Below, one piece after another: positions 1 through 14,110 of a stretch of DNA of 64,000 bases (positions are counted from its first letter, which is position 1; every line of letters starts with the position of its first letter). A program made the translations under genes and the position numbers. The stretch is from NCBI GenBank assembly GCA_051294375.1, contig CM119263.1, positions 11,943,130 to 12,007,129 on the forward strand, given 5' to 3'. The notes under the pieces are model-generated. The model worked only from the letters and a program-made list of their open reading frames with translations. It had not been told where the DNA came from and did no database searches. Source of the DNA: Paraspadella gotoi. Lineage: Eukaryota; Animalia; Chaetognatha.

Positions 1-80
1 TCATAGAAAAAATTCACGAGTTTAAAAAGGAAAATTCTTCGCTATTCGCGTGGGAGATTCGTGAAAAGTTGATCCTTAAG
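1..80 (+). CDS. Pax paired-domain exon (runs off the window start)
   Basis: Frame from nt 3 reads IEKIHEFKKENSSLFAWEIREKLILK (paired-domain FAWEIR motif); GT donor at 81, phase 0. Confidence 0.9.
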
Positions 81-180
81 GTGAGACCTCATACGGTATT
101 CATTACTATTCAATATTCATGCAAACAAGAACAGTAATTCCAATGTGTTACGCCGCAGAGACTTCCTTTCATTTTAAGGT

Positions 181-390
181 TGATGAGTCAGAAATATTTA
201 TTATGAGTTAATAACAGACCCGTTAAATATAAGAAGTCCCTGAGCTTCAGATCAGCATGTAACACCGTGTTACAGGCGGGTTAAGGCGCCAGCGGGCGAG
301 AACCCCGCACTTTTCGGTTAAAGAAACGAACGACTTGCCTCCTGCACCAATGGCAGCTGATAAAGTGTTGGTGAATTTTAGTCCACCATA
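181..390 (-). mobile_element. Solo LTR, tRNA-containing TRIM family F1 (diverged)
   Basis: Reverse complement of TATGGTGGACTAAAAT..; flanks aggt/agat. Confidence 0.7.
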
Positions 391-1540
391 AGATGATCAC
401 TTAACTTCTAGAACAAATCACGCAGTGTCATGGCCATTGGCCAATAATCCAATGTATCAGAATTCCGTCTTCGATTTTCTATATGATTTCTTAAATGCTA
501 AAGGTACCGCGTGAGTCAAATCCCCTGACACAAAACAAATCATTGTCATGGTTTACTACATCAAGATAAACATAAACTGTTTTTTGTAATAGAAAAATGT
601 TTGACATTTTTTCTGCATAAATTTTATATTATATATCATATTATATTTATATTATATTATTTTATTAATAACTTGAAATTAATTTTTTTTCAACGATGTC
701 AAAATCGTTAAATTGATGGCTCCATACATTTTTTTAAGATCAAGTGCAATAAATCATTTTTATTCAGTATCCAAGTTTACAGTATAAATATTTTGGACTT
801 TATTATCTTTACAAGGTCAAAAACCGCAAAAAATCAATGGGAGGTATTAAAACTTTGTTTGGGTAAAAAACAAAATCATATTTTTAAAAATGTTTTGCTT
901 GATGAGAAATAATTTTTTTAGCGATAACAGGTTCATACCAACATATTCGGAAAGCATTTTAAGCATGTTTTAAACCCACTTTAACCAATGTTTTTAACAT
1001 TGTAATAACGTCAATATATTATGAAATTGATACAACCAATATAAAAATTATCTATTCATTTAATATGGTATGACAAAATTCTCTTAATGATTGGTAAGTC
1101 ATATATTAAATTTTTTTACTTCATATCATTTTTACTTCGTATCAGCGGATTTGGTTCACGGGGTAGCGCTATCACTTCGATTTGACGTTCTTTTAAGTTA
1201 GCAAAAATAACAAAAGAGCAACCGAATTTAATACGCATTTAATTGCGGGTCATGTGATTGCTTTTTGAGGTAAACACGTGGCGTTACAAAGATGATACAA
1301 TTGCACTTTTAAGGTTTTAGGGCAACTTACTTTCATACCAAATATAAGATAAATTGTTTAAGTAATACCCAAGTTAAGTACCATTTGTAACGTAAGTGTG
1401 ACAAACCGACAGATAGACATCCAAAAAGTGGCTTATTGAGTTGCTTCGCGAGTACTCGCTGCGTAACTATAAACAAAAATAATTTTTTAGGCGTTTTCTA
1501 TAAACTGTATTTTTCCCCTGATCTCGATCGATCCTCGAAG

Positions 1541-1948
1541 GGTGTCTGCTCAGCTATGTCGGCTCCTTCGGTCTCTTCGATCAACCGAATTCTTCGAAAC
1601 GCCTCCAGACTAAAAGCTCCTCGAAAACGGCACATCGACAAAGTCGGCGAGGACAATCTTGGCCGCGACGATACTTATGTTACAAGACGCTGTCACGACG
1701 ATAACATTCATTGCAGGCGGTCCAAAGACCGACTCTGTCAAAATGGTAGCATCGTCAAAAATAAACACGACAACAAAGAAGGCGAAACAAAGATGCAGGA
1801 AACTCCATCGACAGTTTGCACAGAAGGTCGAACCGCCTTTACGACGTCAAATACCTTGACGACCTCTAAATGGAATGAAAATAAAGTCGGAAAGAAAAAA
1901 ATCGGTTTTTTCATTCGCGAAATTTTGCGTACTGACTCTGGAGTATGA
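1541..1948 (+). CDS. Pax last exon: paired-domain end plus C-terminal eh1/octapeptide-like motif, no homeodomain
   Basis: AG acceptor at 1539-40, phase 0; reads GVCSAMSAPSVSSINRILRN...KIGFFIREIL, stop at 1948. Subfamily not assigned. Confidence 0.88.
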   Translation, partial: GVCSAMSAPSVSSINRILRNASRLKAPRKRHIDKVGEDNLGRDDTYVTRRCHDDNIHCRRSKDRLCQNGSIVKNKHDNKEGETKMQETPSTVCTEGRTAFTTSNTLTTSKWNENKVGKKKIGFFIREILRTDSGV

Positions 1949-2507
1949 ATTTCGCAATTATTATATCAAGATATCTAAAGAATTATTGAAACTGTATTCT
2001 TATATCTACTGATAAACCTGGCTATTATAACCGTTAAAAGATGGGCTGGCGGATCGAATGATATACGGACCGAAAAGTAAAGAGAGTACGAAAACATAGA
2101 ATGTGGGTACATTAAATGAGTAATTTTGATTTGAATTTAGTAGCTTTTGCATGATGAGGTCGTTAAGTCTATTATTTGGAGCATGGAAAAAGAGACGCAA
2201 AAATAAAAATTTAAATAAAAAAATTAAGAGAGACTTAAATAATAAACCTCCATGTTTGTAATGTAAAATTAGTTTAGAGAAAGGAAAATTAGGATTTTGT
2301 AAAAACTTGGTGAATTATAAAGAAAAGGTAATCCAAAAAATTCATCGTTTCCGCGATTCACAAAAACAAAATGAAATTTCCACCTTCAAACCAAAGAAAG
2401 TCTCACTACAGAGAAGAGAGAAATAGTCAAATATGGCCTGAATATTAAATATTGAATATTAATAGTCAATTTTCACTTTCTCGTTTCATTTTTTCCTCAT
2501 ATTGCCT

Positions 2508-2544
<37 letters not shown>

Positions 2545-3711
2545 GTATATGTGAAAGTTTGGAATCAAAATTTAGCAAATATATCTTGAAAACTATCATA
2601 TTAGTGAATACTAATCTTTAATTATTTTTCTTTTTTTACAAATATAGTAGCCCAGTTAGCTTATTTTGTATATAGTACTACCCTTATATAATGTCAAAAT
2701 TTAAAAATGTTTTTTTTTTAATTTTGAGAACAGATTCAGATTCCTTGTTAAAAGTTGATAAAAAAAATATTAATCTTTTTTAAACATTATGTCATTAAGT
2801 AGGTTAAAATTATAAAAAACTATATTTTTAAGCTTGAAATTAAAAATCGGAATCTTAAATACATTTTTTTACATTTTTAACCAACTTAATGAAAGAATTT
2901 TTATAAAAGAACTATACTTTCTTATATGAACTTTTTGCAAGGAATCCAAATCCGATCTTAAAATTTAAAAATTTGCATTTGGAAATTTTAGCTTATAATA
3001 TACTTATTACCATATATAAATATAGCTCACTGGTAGCCACTAATGTATAAAATTAAAAAATTAATTTACCAAAATATTTTTTTTGGTTTTTATTTTCATG
3101 TTTTATATGCTAAATTTTAATTTTCTAAAATATTATCATTTTCACATCACTCTGGAGTGAAGTGGAGTGGAGTGGAGTGGAGTGGAGTTTCCCTTTTTTT
3201 CCCGTTGGTTAGAAATTATTTGCTTCCTGTTTTGTATACGAAATTTTTAATGGACAAGGTCGTATGCCGTATTGACTTTCTGATAACGTGATCGTATTTC
3301 TATGTGGTCACAGAATTACACAAGTATAAAAATATGCACAAGTAGCGTTTATGATACCTTATCTCTTTGCAAAATAATATTTACATTAAGTAAATAATAT
3401 ATGGGTTACGGACTAAAAATATTTGGTTATATAATTAAATTTTAACGCGATAACGGGAACGCTTACCTCACACTAAGTATGAAACATGTATGTGTACTTA
3501 CGGAGCAACTTAATAAGTCACTTTTTGGTCGGTCAGTCGTTCGGTCAGTCGGTGTGGCTGCCGGTCTTTCCTGCTTACATGGTGACCATTTGAAACCCGC
3601 ATCTAGAAAAAATTCACCAAACGAAAACGTGAAAATACTTAAAAAAGAGACATGCTCATTTTTTAAGTTAATTAGTCTAATTAACTCTCTATTTTGGCAA
3701 AATACAACATA

Positions 3712-3932
3712 TGTGGATCAGGCGCTTAGTGGGCTGAAGACTACTATCCGTAACTTCTATTCCCCCTCAGTAGCCATGGAACGGGTCCTGGGCTTGGAAC
3801 CAGGCTTGAGGGTTTTCCACGCTTATCTATCTTATCTATCATAAGCTGATAGATTTACTCAATAAGCCATCGGGTCACAACTGAAAGTGTCATGCTTATT
3901 AGCGGGGTGAACTAAGGCAATGCCCGACTACA
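3712..3932 (-). mobile_element. Solo LTR, TRIM family E (internally deleted)
   Basis: Homologous to 34698-34983; TG..CA ends; TSD cata. Confidence 0.8.
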
Positions 3933-4155
3933 CATATAATGAAGAGGAGGGAAGCCAAAACATAGGTTTCTTAGCGCTAATTACACAAATTACTCGTCGG
4001 AAATGCGATCAGTGCTGAATTGACATTAGTTGCTTTATGTTCATGATTTTTGTACAAATCCCTTCTTCCTATTTTTTTAATTTCTACAGCTAAACGAGTG
4101 TTGTTTAGTTTCATGTCATATTCAGTAGAGAGTTAATACTGTTTTAATCAAAAAT

Positions 4156-4278
4156 ATGGAAACGGAAAAAACTACGAAATTGTCAGCGGGAGAAACTGAG
4201 AAAACCGACGAAGAACATTTCGATGCGAAATCTAGTGTCCCACTCGATGCAAAGGATGGCAACAGTAGAAATCAAGAG
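4156..4278 (+). CDS. ABCA transporter, putative first coding exon
   Basis: ATG METEKTTK...SRNQE then GTGAGC donor; phase-compatible with 5257 and 6460. Confidence 0.5.
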
Positions 4279-5256
4279 GTGAGCTAAATTATTAAGTTTG
4301 AAGAAAACAAGTTTGAGCAGAAAATGTCGTATCTGCCTGCGATAATTAAGCGGTAATCAGCTAATCAGATGATAAATGACGATAATTCTTTCAATTTGTG
4401 ATCATAACAAATCGTACCATACCAAACCAATGGCTGCGCATATACATGTAAATCGCTTACAAGGGATTAAACTGAACTGTTACTAAAGTACAAACAAATA
4501 ATTTTTTTAACTATTATTATTTTTGTAATTTTTTTTTTTAACTTGCGACCTTTTTTCAACAGGCATAATTTTTTCAATTTGCACATTTTTTCAACTGGCA
4601 TAATTTTTTCAACTTGCACTATTTTTTCAACTTGCACCATTTTTTAAACTTGCGCCATTTTTTTAACTTGAATCATTTTTTAACTTACATCATTTTTCAA
4701 CTTGCATCATTTTTTTAATTTAATTAATTAATCAATTAACTAATTAAAACATTTATGAGTAAGCATAAATAATAAAATTTCTAGTCAACTTGACTTTGGT
4801 TTTTTCATGCAAACTCATTTCCACTCCTTGATTCCATCTAAACTTTATATTCTGCTCAATCACATACTTTCCTACCCACACACAAAATTTAATCTCAATA
4901 TAACCATCCAATTATTATTAATTAGTATAATTACAGGTTAAAATTAATCAAATTTCATTCCAATTCAACCATCCAATTACGAGTAATTGGAGTTTTTTGC
5001 TAAGGGGGATGGACAGATGGACAGACAGACAGACGGACGAACAGATATCATTTTTTTTTGCCTAATTGAGAATAATATGATATTCTAATGTGATAAAAAT
5101 GATTTACCGACAAGATTTAGAGTCGGAATCTGCTGATAAGCAGATCCGACAAAAAACATAACTGTTTTTGACTTTAACTAAGTTACGTAAACTCAGGTCA
5201 AATATTTTGTCCAGAAACGTAAAAAAATGTATTGAAAATGTGTTCTCGTCTTTCAG

Positions 5257-5294
5257 AAAAAAAGTTCAAGTGGACCTTTAGTTACTATCTCAAG
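5257..5294 (+). CDS. ABCA putative micro-exon 2
   Basis: TTTCAG acceptor, KKSSSGPLVTIS, GTATGT donor; phase 0 to 2 fits neighbours. Confidence 0.45.
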
Positions 5295-6459
5295 GTATGT
5301 AACTATTTTGTATGAAAAATTGCAAGATTACTTGTTTTACTAATTTAGACTTAAAATTTTATATTAAATTTTATTTTAAAATTTATTTTATATTAAAATT
5401 TTAAAATGTAAAAATTTTAAGAAATTTAATTATATTCTTTATATAGAGTATATTCATTTATAATGTAATGGGAAGAGGGATGTTAGTGTTGTCTTCTGGA
5501 AATAGAGGGAGCATCTATACAACACAAAGTTAAAAGTTACTTTCTGCCCTAGTTTTATAATTAGATATTAGACATCATTCTTATTAAAATTTTAAAAAAA
5601 CTAAAAGTCTGAACAGAAAGGAGTGGATAGGATAATTTGTTAGTGATTAAGGTTATTTATAACTCGTTATTTACTTTACTACTCCCTAATTTTTTTTTTT
5701 CGCATACCTAACTTTTTCCCTCCTAATACTAGGATTTGTTATCTCTTACTTTCTCTACTATAAGCAATTTCTTTTTATTTTTTATAGAAATTTGCTCTTC
5801 TGTCTGCACCCACCAGTTTTTCTTTTGCATTGCTTTATACAAAATAACAATTTTTTTCTTGTTTTAATCTAAAGCAATGCAAGAGAAGATCAGGTAGATG
5901 CAGACAGAAGAGAAAATTTACATACGTAGAAAATAAAGGGAAAATTCTTATACTAGAGAAAGAGAGAGAAACAAAAACTAGTAGTAAAGGGGAAAAAGTT
6001 AAATAACCAAAAAAAAATATTAAAAATAATAGAAAAAAAATACAATTTTAGGGGTAGAGTTTACCGCTAGAGTGATTTACAATAAATTTACTTACGAGAA
6101 GATAATGGAAAAATGAAAAAAATTTTCTTGACTTTTCCTGTCATTCGAATCAGAAGACGAAAGTAAAAATGGACAAAAATGGTGACTTTTTTACCCGGTA
6201 TTCTACTACCCTCTCTACTTTCTCCTCATTTCAGACAAACGAGACGAAAGAGAGGAAAAGAGTTTTGTATTCTTCTGGAAAAAAACCTCAAGATAACAGT
6301 CCGAGAGCGGTGCAATTGCGCTTGTTCGTTCATTATTCCACTTATAACCTTGTATGTATCATAGTCATATCGCATTAAAAAAACTTTTTTTAATAACTTT
6401 TATTTTGTCTACTCACAAGAATTTTTATTTGGCTGATTGTATATTTAACAAAAGTCAAG

Positions 6460-6541
6460 AAAATTTCTGCGGTATATGTTACTCCTTATCATTTGGAAGA
6501 ACTCCCGGCGTTTGACTACACAAAATTGGGTACCCATTAAA
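6460..6541 (+). CDS. ABCA exon with N-terminal LLxWKN motif (3' boundary uncertain)
   Basis: RKFLRYMLLLIIWKNSRR resembles the ABCA LLLWKN motif before TM1. Confidence 0.65.
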
Positions 6542-7349
6542 GTAACCAGTCGCTGCGCATGTCTATGTGTACTGGTTTTATGGTTTTTTATATGTGCAAA
6601 AATTTTATTAATAAAAAATAATGTTTTGCAGGAAAGAAAAGGATATACGAGGGTTAAAAAAAATTTGAATACAATTTATTTATAAAGGAACCAAAGCCGA
6701 AAAATGTCCGATTTTATGTAAAAATAAAAACATCCATTGTTAAAAACAATTTTTTTTCTCTAAATAAATGATATCATATTTATTTATAAATAAACTCAAA
6801 AAGAAAGCAATTATGCCATTGTAAAAAAAAAGTTATATTTTTTGAAAGCGCCTTATTTCAGCTTAAATTCAGAATTAAACGAAATTGGTTATTTTGAAAA
6901 GAGAAAATGAATTTGTTTTTATCTCGCCAGACTTGGCTAGATTTTGGTTCGGTTCAGCTTAGCTTCTTTGACGTCGTCGTCGGCGTCGTCGTCACGCTTT
7001 TTTCTTATATAGTTTTGACTGGGGCTTATAATTTAAAAAAAAAAAAAACTCCTACATATTAGGATGGATTTTTATAAAAGTTTGCGAACATAATAAGTTA
7101 AAGATTTAGATATGGCTTCTCATCTTTAAGATCTTTGCAATTGTTATGTTTCATATGGATTCAAATATTTTATGTCTGTATTTCTTTATTATTATGATTT
7201 ACTGCAATATGCAAATTACTAACTATAATATGCAAATTAATATATTGAATACTATATTATAAATTACAATAAATCATAAAGAAAAAGAAATTCAAACAAA
7301 AAATATTTGAATCCATATGAAACATGACAATTGCAAAGAAATTAAAGAT

Positions 7350-7604
7350 TATGGCAACAGCCGGGTTGCCTGTGATGCCCATTGGGATGGGGCATCTCAC
7401 TGTTGGCTTTGGGGGCTTCCGACCATCAGTGACGCCTCCAGTCACTGGCGCGGTTACCCTAGGACGGTCTCGCTTTGCCAACGCAGAGGGAAGTCGTTAG
7501 GACTGTGGATGGAACACAACGCCTGGGATGGTGAGTTCCCCCTCTGAGCCAATGGATTTGGCTGAAGGATTGTGGACGTGAGGCGGTGTGAATATACCGC
7601 CACA
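7350..7604 (-). mobile_element. Solo LTR, family A (255 bp)
   Basis: Near-identical inverted copy of 48159-48413; TSD agat. Confidence 0.85.
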
Positions 7605-8417
7605 AGATTCACTTTTCCAATTGAAAAAATTATAACTATTTTTAATTGTAAACAATTGTAACTTTTTTGTTTTTCTTTTATATCTTTATTTATTATTATT
7701 TACTGCAATATGCAAATTAGAATATAATACTTACTGCAATATGCAAATTAGTATACAGTATACTACATATATAAATATGTAAATCATATTAAAGAGGAAA
7801 TTCATACAAATAATGCTTGAATCGATATGAAACATATGATTTTAAAAGATATTGATGATGAGAAGCTATATATCAATTTTAATACAAATAAAAATACACA
7901 CTTTATTTGAGCTGCCTTGGTTTAATATCAAAATTTTCTATTTTGGCTGACTTTCTAGTAGACGACGATCAAGAATCCAACAATGTTTTAAATGTTTATT
8001 TCTGTCGAGATAGACGGATACGAGGATTAAATAGTTTCAATTGTTTCACAATACACAACACGTTAAAATCCACTTAAATATGTGTACGACAAACCCTTTT
8101 CTACTCCCGGTCAGTTCATATTTATAAATATATTATTATTTAAACAAGAATTCAAAGAGGTATTATGTTTTAAAATCATATGCTTTACTAATTAAGCCTA
8201 TCAATTACCTCATTTTGGATTGTTTTCACTTGTTTGTTTTTCATTAAAAATGAGAAATTGCATAATATGTAAAAACTATAAATAGGCTCAAATATTAATT
8301 TTTTGTACTTTTAAACATCAAAACTACATTAAAAATTTATTTGAGCTATACTTTGTTAAAAATAAAAACAAATTTCTCATTTCATAAATTTTCAAAATTG
8401 TTAATTCTATTGCATTT

Positions 8418-9120
8418 TTAGTCGGATCTTCTTATCAGCAGATCCCGACTCTATAATTCACTTTGTCGGTCTGTCGGTCCACCCCTGCAATCTTGTCGGG
8501 CATTCACTTATATCATGTAGAACATCGAATTATGATAAATTATGCAAAAAAAAAAACGATGTCTATCCATCCATCTGTCTGTCCGTCCGTCTGTCCGTCC
8601 ATCCCACCTTAACAAAAAAAACCAATTACTGTGATTGAACAGGATATGAAGTTTCGATAGAATCGTCCGAGTGGAAATGAGTTTAAATGGAAAAAACAAA
8701 AAAATATATTTCATTATTTGAACACCAATTACTCATGAATGGATGGGGAAATTGACCTTAAATTTTGTATGTGAGTAAGAAAGTGTGTGATTAAGCTGAA
8801 AATCAAGTTTCCATGGAATCGTTTGAGTGGAAATGAGTTTAAAGTGAAAAAAAACAAAAACTAATTGATTATGTTTTTTTTTATTTTAAATGTAAATGCA
8901 AGATGTATAAATTAATCAAATTAATGAGTTAATTAATCAATTAGTCAATTAATTAATCAATTATTAATTAATCAGTCAATTAATCAATCAAAACAAATAT
9001 TTTGGATCAATTGACTAATTAATTAATTAATTTGAATTAATTAATTATTAATTAATTATTTATTATTTATTACAGATAATGATCGTGGGCAGATCCGACA
9101 TTGTTTGCTCAAACTTGTTT
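8418..9120 (+). mobile_element. Helentron-associated (DINE-1-like) HINE; more copies near 4307-5170(-), 9180-10100, 15822-16597, 32170-32730
   Basis: 5' GTCGGATCTGC sub-TIR with palindrome, (GTCY)n, 3' GCAGATCCGAC followed by GTTTGCTCAAAC stem, T-rich flanks. Confidence 0.7.
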
Positions 9121-10536
9121 CATTTTGGACGTATTGCAAAACCGAGAGAACTGAAAAATTGGGCAAGCGAACTACGGTTTTTAGTCGGATCTGCTTATCA
9201 GCAGATCCCGACTCTATAACTCACTTAGTCGGTCCGTCGGTCCCCGCCCCTCAATATTGTCGGGCAGTCACTTATATCATGTCAGAACATCGAATTATGA
9301 TAAATTATGCAAAAAAAAACGATTCCGTCCGTCCGTCCGTTCCGTCCGTCCATCCCACCTTAGCAAAAAACACTAATTACTCGTGATTGGATGGATGGAT
9401 TGGAATGAAATTCTTGTGGTGGGTAGGGAAGTGTGTGAATGAGCTGTATATGAAGTTTCGATGGAATCGTGCGAGTGGAAATGAGTTTAAATGGAAAAAA
9501 TAAAAAATTAAATGTCACTATTTGAAATTTTGTATTTGGGTAGGAAAGTGTGTGATTGAGCTGGAAATCAAGTTTCGATGGAATCGTTTGAGTGGAAATG
9601 AGTTTAAATGGAAAAAACACAAAAAACCTGTTTCACTAATTGATTATGCTTCTTTTTTCTTTATATTAAATGTAAATGAAGGATGTATTAATAAATCAAA
9701 TAATTAATCAGTTAATTAATCAATTAGTCAATTAATTAATCAATAATTTAATTAGTCAATCAATCCGTCCTTCCGTCCATCTTAGCAAAAAGCTCCAATA
9801 ATTCGTGATTGGCTGGTTGGATTGGAATGAAATTTTGTGTGTGGGTAGGACAGTGTGAGATGAAGCTGGATATAAGTTTCGATAGAATCGTGCGAGTGGA
9901 AATGAGTTTAAATGGAAAAAACATAAGTTGCATTTACTAAAATATTTTTACTTATTTTAACCAATAAATACTCTATTTAATCATAATTGGATGGATATTT
10001 TGAGTTTAAATTTTGTGTGTGGGTAGGAAAGTGTGTGACGAAGCTTGATACAAAGTTTCGGTGGAAACGTACGAGTGGAAATGAGTTTAAATAAAAAAAA
10101 TATGAGTCACATTTACTTGAATTTTAATACAAATAAAAATAAAATCGTTTTTTGTCTTTCTTTTATTTATTTTTTAATTATTATATATATTTTTTTCAGG
10201 CGCTGCCTTTCTGAATCGTTTAAAAACGAGTTCAGTCTCTCTCAGTCTCTGTCTGTCTCTCTCTGTGTGCGTCTGTCTCTCTCTGTACCGATCTCTTGCG
10301 TGATCGTTCGTTTTTTGAAAATTCTGATTATTTTTTTTCTTTCTAAAAAAATATATATTTGATCAGGCGCTGCCTTTCTGAATCGTTTAAAACGAGTTCA
10401 GGCTCTCTCCCTCACTCTCCCTCGGTCTCCCTCCGTCTCCCCCCCCTCTCTCTCTCTCTCTCTCTCTTTTAAAAAAAAAAAATTATTCACTTTTTTTTTC
10501 ACCACCGTTACAAGGCGACGAGTAAACGAGTTCCGG

Positions 10537-10567
<31 letters not shown>

Positions 10568-10590
10568 ATCTTTCTCTCTTTCTGTCTCTT

Positions 10591-10629
<39 letters not shown>

Positions 10630-11279
10630 CTCTCTTCTCCTCTCTCCTCGCTCTCTCTCTCTCTGTAACGAATCGTTGTCGTTTTTGAAAAATTCTTATA
10701 AATTCTTGCCTTCCTAAAAAACTTTTATTAACGCCATTTATTTTTTTTCTCAATACAAAATCCCAGATTTTCGTGGATTCATTTTAGAAAAAGGGAAGAA
10801 TAACTTATAATGCAGGCAATGTCACATGTACATCAACTTGCGTGACAGGTATATATCTATATATCTATATATATATTGCTATATATCGGGCAATTACGCG
10901 GATTAATATAAATAATAGATAATTTTTATATTGGTTGTTACCAATTTTAATAATATAAAAAAATAACATCTAAATTTCATTCAAGATTAAATTTTTTAGA
11001 TGAGGAAATAAAATTTATTTGGATAAGTAAAAAAAAATATTTTGGAAGTCAAAAATATCATAGATCGTTAACTGATTATTGTCAACTATATATTTTGTTA
11101 ATAGAGGGTTAATACAAAATCCCAAATTTATTTCGAGATTTCTTGGATTTTTTTTTTCCTTCTAAAAAACTTTTATTAATATTTATTATTCTCTCTATAT
11201 TTCTCTCTCAATCAACTCTCTGTCTTTCTCTCTCTCTCTCTCTCTTTCTCTTCTCTCTTTCTCTCTCTCTAATTAACTC

Positions 11280-11525
11280 ATCGCGTCAATGAATGACTGT
11301 CATCGCATCAATGAATGACTATCATCGCATCAATGAATGATTATTATCCGATCAATGAAATACTATCATCACATCAATGAATGATATCATCGCATCAATG
11401 AATGATTATCATCGCATCCATCATTTGGTTATCATCGCATCAATCCTTTGGTTATCATCGCATCAATATTTGGTTATCATCGCATCAATATTGGTTATCA
11501 TCGCATCAATATTTGGTTATCATCA
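11280..11525. repeat. About 21-bp tandem repeat (ATCATCGCATCAATGAATGAYT)
   Basis: About 11 visible units. Confidence 0.9.
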
Positions 11526-11599
11526 AAAGCAGGCTCGATCCTATTGCTTTTAAGATTTTTTATTTATGATTACTAATAAATGTTAATTAATCAATTAAT

Positions 11600-12175
11600 T
11601 AATTTGAAAAAATGATACAATTTAAAAAATTATGCAAGTTGAAAAAAATATGCGAGTTGAAAAAATTATGCAAGTTGAAAAAATTATGCAAGTTGAAAAA
11701 ATTATGCAAGTTGAAAAAATTATGCAAGTTGAAAAAATTATGCAAGTTGAAAAAATTATGCAAGTCTAAAAAAATTATGCAATTTGAAAAATATATGAGC
11801 TTGAAAAAATTATGCAGTTGAAAAATATGCAAGTTGAAAAAATTATGCAAGTTAAAAAAATTATGCAAGTTAAAAAAAATTATGCAAGTTGAAGAAATTA
11901 TGCAATTGAAAAAATGATGCAAGTTGAAAAAAATGATGCAAGTGGAAAAATGATGCAAGTTAAAAAAATGATGCAATTGTAAAAATGATGTAAATTGAAA
12001 AAATGATGAGTTGAAAAAATTATGTGCATGGAAAAAATGATGCGAGTTAAAAAAATGATGCAAATTGTAAAAATGATGTAATTTAAAAATGATGAGTTGA
12101 AAAATTATGTGCGTGAAAGAATTATGCAAGTTGAAAAAATGATGCGAGTTAAAAAAATGATGCGAGTTAAAAAAA
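11600..12175. repeat. 18-bp minisatellite TTGAAAAAATTATGCAAG
   Basis: Tandem array ending in a HINE 3' end; inverted copy at 4540-4715. Confidence 0.92.
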
Positions 12176-12819
12176 ATATAAAAAAATATTGTGATTTATC
12201 ATCTGATTAGCAGATTACCGTCTCTTAATTATTGTAGGCAGATCCGACATTGTTTGCCCAAACTTGTTTAAATTTTTATAGGTAGAAATAGATATTAGTC
12301 AAAAAATTAGGAGGGCTCGAGATAAGATTATTCACATTTTGTAATTATACTTCTCAATCTCCCATGATTCGCGAAGACGTTGAGCAATTACATCACAAGG
12401 CCGACAAGGTCCGTCTATACTATAGGTCTATTCCGTTGATGGTGTAATTAAACCTTTTGTAATTAGCTCTATCATAGATTAAGTAGGATAATAATTAAAT
12501 AAGATTATTTTCTTGTTGGTTGTCATTTTTTTATCTTTATTTTCTCATTTATCTAAAAAATCTGGGTTTGTAACAAAAAATATTTAAAAAAAAATGATAG
12601 GTATTCATGGTAATTATCCTTCTTTAAAATAAAATTTGTTGCAAAATAAAATCAAACTTTGTTAAAAAAAAATGAAAAAAAAATTAATATAAAATTACAA
12701 AGAAAATCAGTGACTTCGCCAATACGTATATGTAAATCGCTTTCCAACAATAAGCGCGAATAACAATAATAAAATGTTTTATTATAGCTAAAAGACAACA
12801 GTTTTATATCTTATTACAG

Positions 12820-12956
12820 AGGTTACGTTTCCAAAAGACAATTTTATAAAAAAACGTGGGGTAAATACCCAAAAATGGAACCATTGGAAGTTTATCATGA
12901 ACATTGATCCTGTTTTGAGAAGAATGGTCGCTCAAGGATGGTGGTCCGTTCTTAAG
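12820..12956 (+). CDS. ABCA putative exon (extracellular domain)
   Basis: ACAG acceptor, open frame VTFPKDNF...GWWSVLK, GT donor phase 0 matching 13316. Confidence 0.5.
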
Positions 12957-13315
12957 GTACACTTCCACATTTTCTTATATGACCCGATTACCTAAATGCA
13001 AATTTAGTAAAGTGAGAAACAGCTCACTAGCCGGCCTTGTTTGTTCCCCCGTTTAGAGTTCATGATTAGTAGAGGGATGAAATGTTAAACCCACCTTAAG
13101 AAACCGACTACATACCTAAATAACATACATACATAACACCCATACATACGTACATAATTACATACACACATAACAGTCACATTCGCAGTTTAGCTGTAAT
13201 AAGCAATAATTTGTCCTTCCTAGTATTCTGGGAAAATAAGGCGCAAACTTTTTCTCCCTATTTTTACTTAATTTATTATTCTTTACTTATTAATAAAAAG
13301 AAAAATTTTTCTCAG

Positions 13316-13498
13316 AAATCAAAAGATATTAGTGATGTTAAAAATTTGATGCGGTTCAAGTTGGCTTTTACTCCAAAAACAAAAACAACAATTCGAATTA
13401 TGAAGGCGATGCAGCGTCATCTTAACTTTTTGAAAGTCATTGATTTTCAGTCAGAAATGGAGATGATCGACGCTATAAATAAAGGTGAAATACAATCT
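13316..13498 (+). CDS. ABCA exon (extracellular domain 1)
   Basis: KLAFTPKTKTTIRIMKAM...VIDFQSEMEM resembles ABCA3-type LAYxP...GFxSE; AG/GT bounded. Confidence 0.65.
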
Positions 13499-14110
13499 GT
13501 AAGGGCCTCAGTTGTTAATTTTTGTTCGGTGAACTTAATTTGGCCGCTATGACTGAGGGAAAAACGTCTTCCAGATATAATGGGAATGATTCAGAGAGTA
13601 AATCTTAAAGAACAGTTCTTGTCAAGTAAATATAAAGTTTCGATGGATTCGTATGAGTGGAAATGAGTTTATTTGGAAAAAAACATTAGTCGCATTTACT
13701 TGAATCTTTTTACTAATTTTACTAATTGACTTGAATTTTCATTATTTTTGCTTACTTACTTATTTAATTAATTCAATTGAAAAAATGATAATAGTTAAAA
13801 AATTTTTTTTTGTACCATAGTAACAGTTCATGTTGATCCTTTGCAAGCGATTTACATGTATTGGCACAGCCATTGGTTTGGTATGGTACGATCGGTTATG
13901 ATCAGTTAGGATCACAAATTGAAAGAATTATCGTCATTTATCATCTGATTAGCTGATCACCGCTTAATTATCGCAATAATTATTGTTATGTGTTAGTGAC
14001 AGAACCGGGACCAATGGCCGCTGATGAACGGTTGGTGAATTTTAGTCCACCATAGTAGGCAGATCCGACATTGTTTGCTCAAACTTGTTTTAACTTACAT
14101 CATTAATTAC

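Noticed and set aside
11280-11525. CRISPR-like array
   Set aside because: No unique spacers; eukaryotic tandem repeat.
11599-12129. Repetitive ORFs here and at 46861-47387
   Set aside because: Translations of minisatellites.
12282-12450. Additional ABCA exon
   Set aside because: Stops in frame and no recognisable motif.
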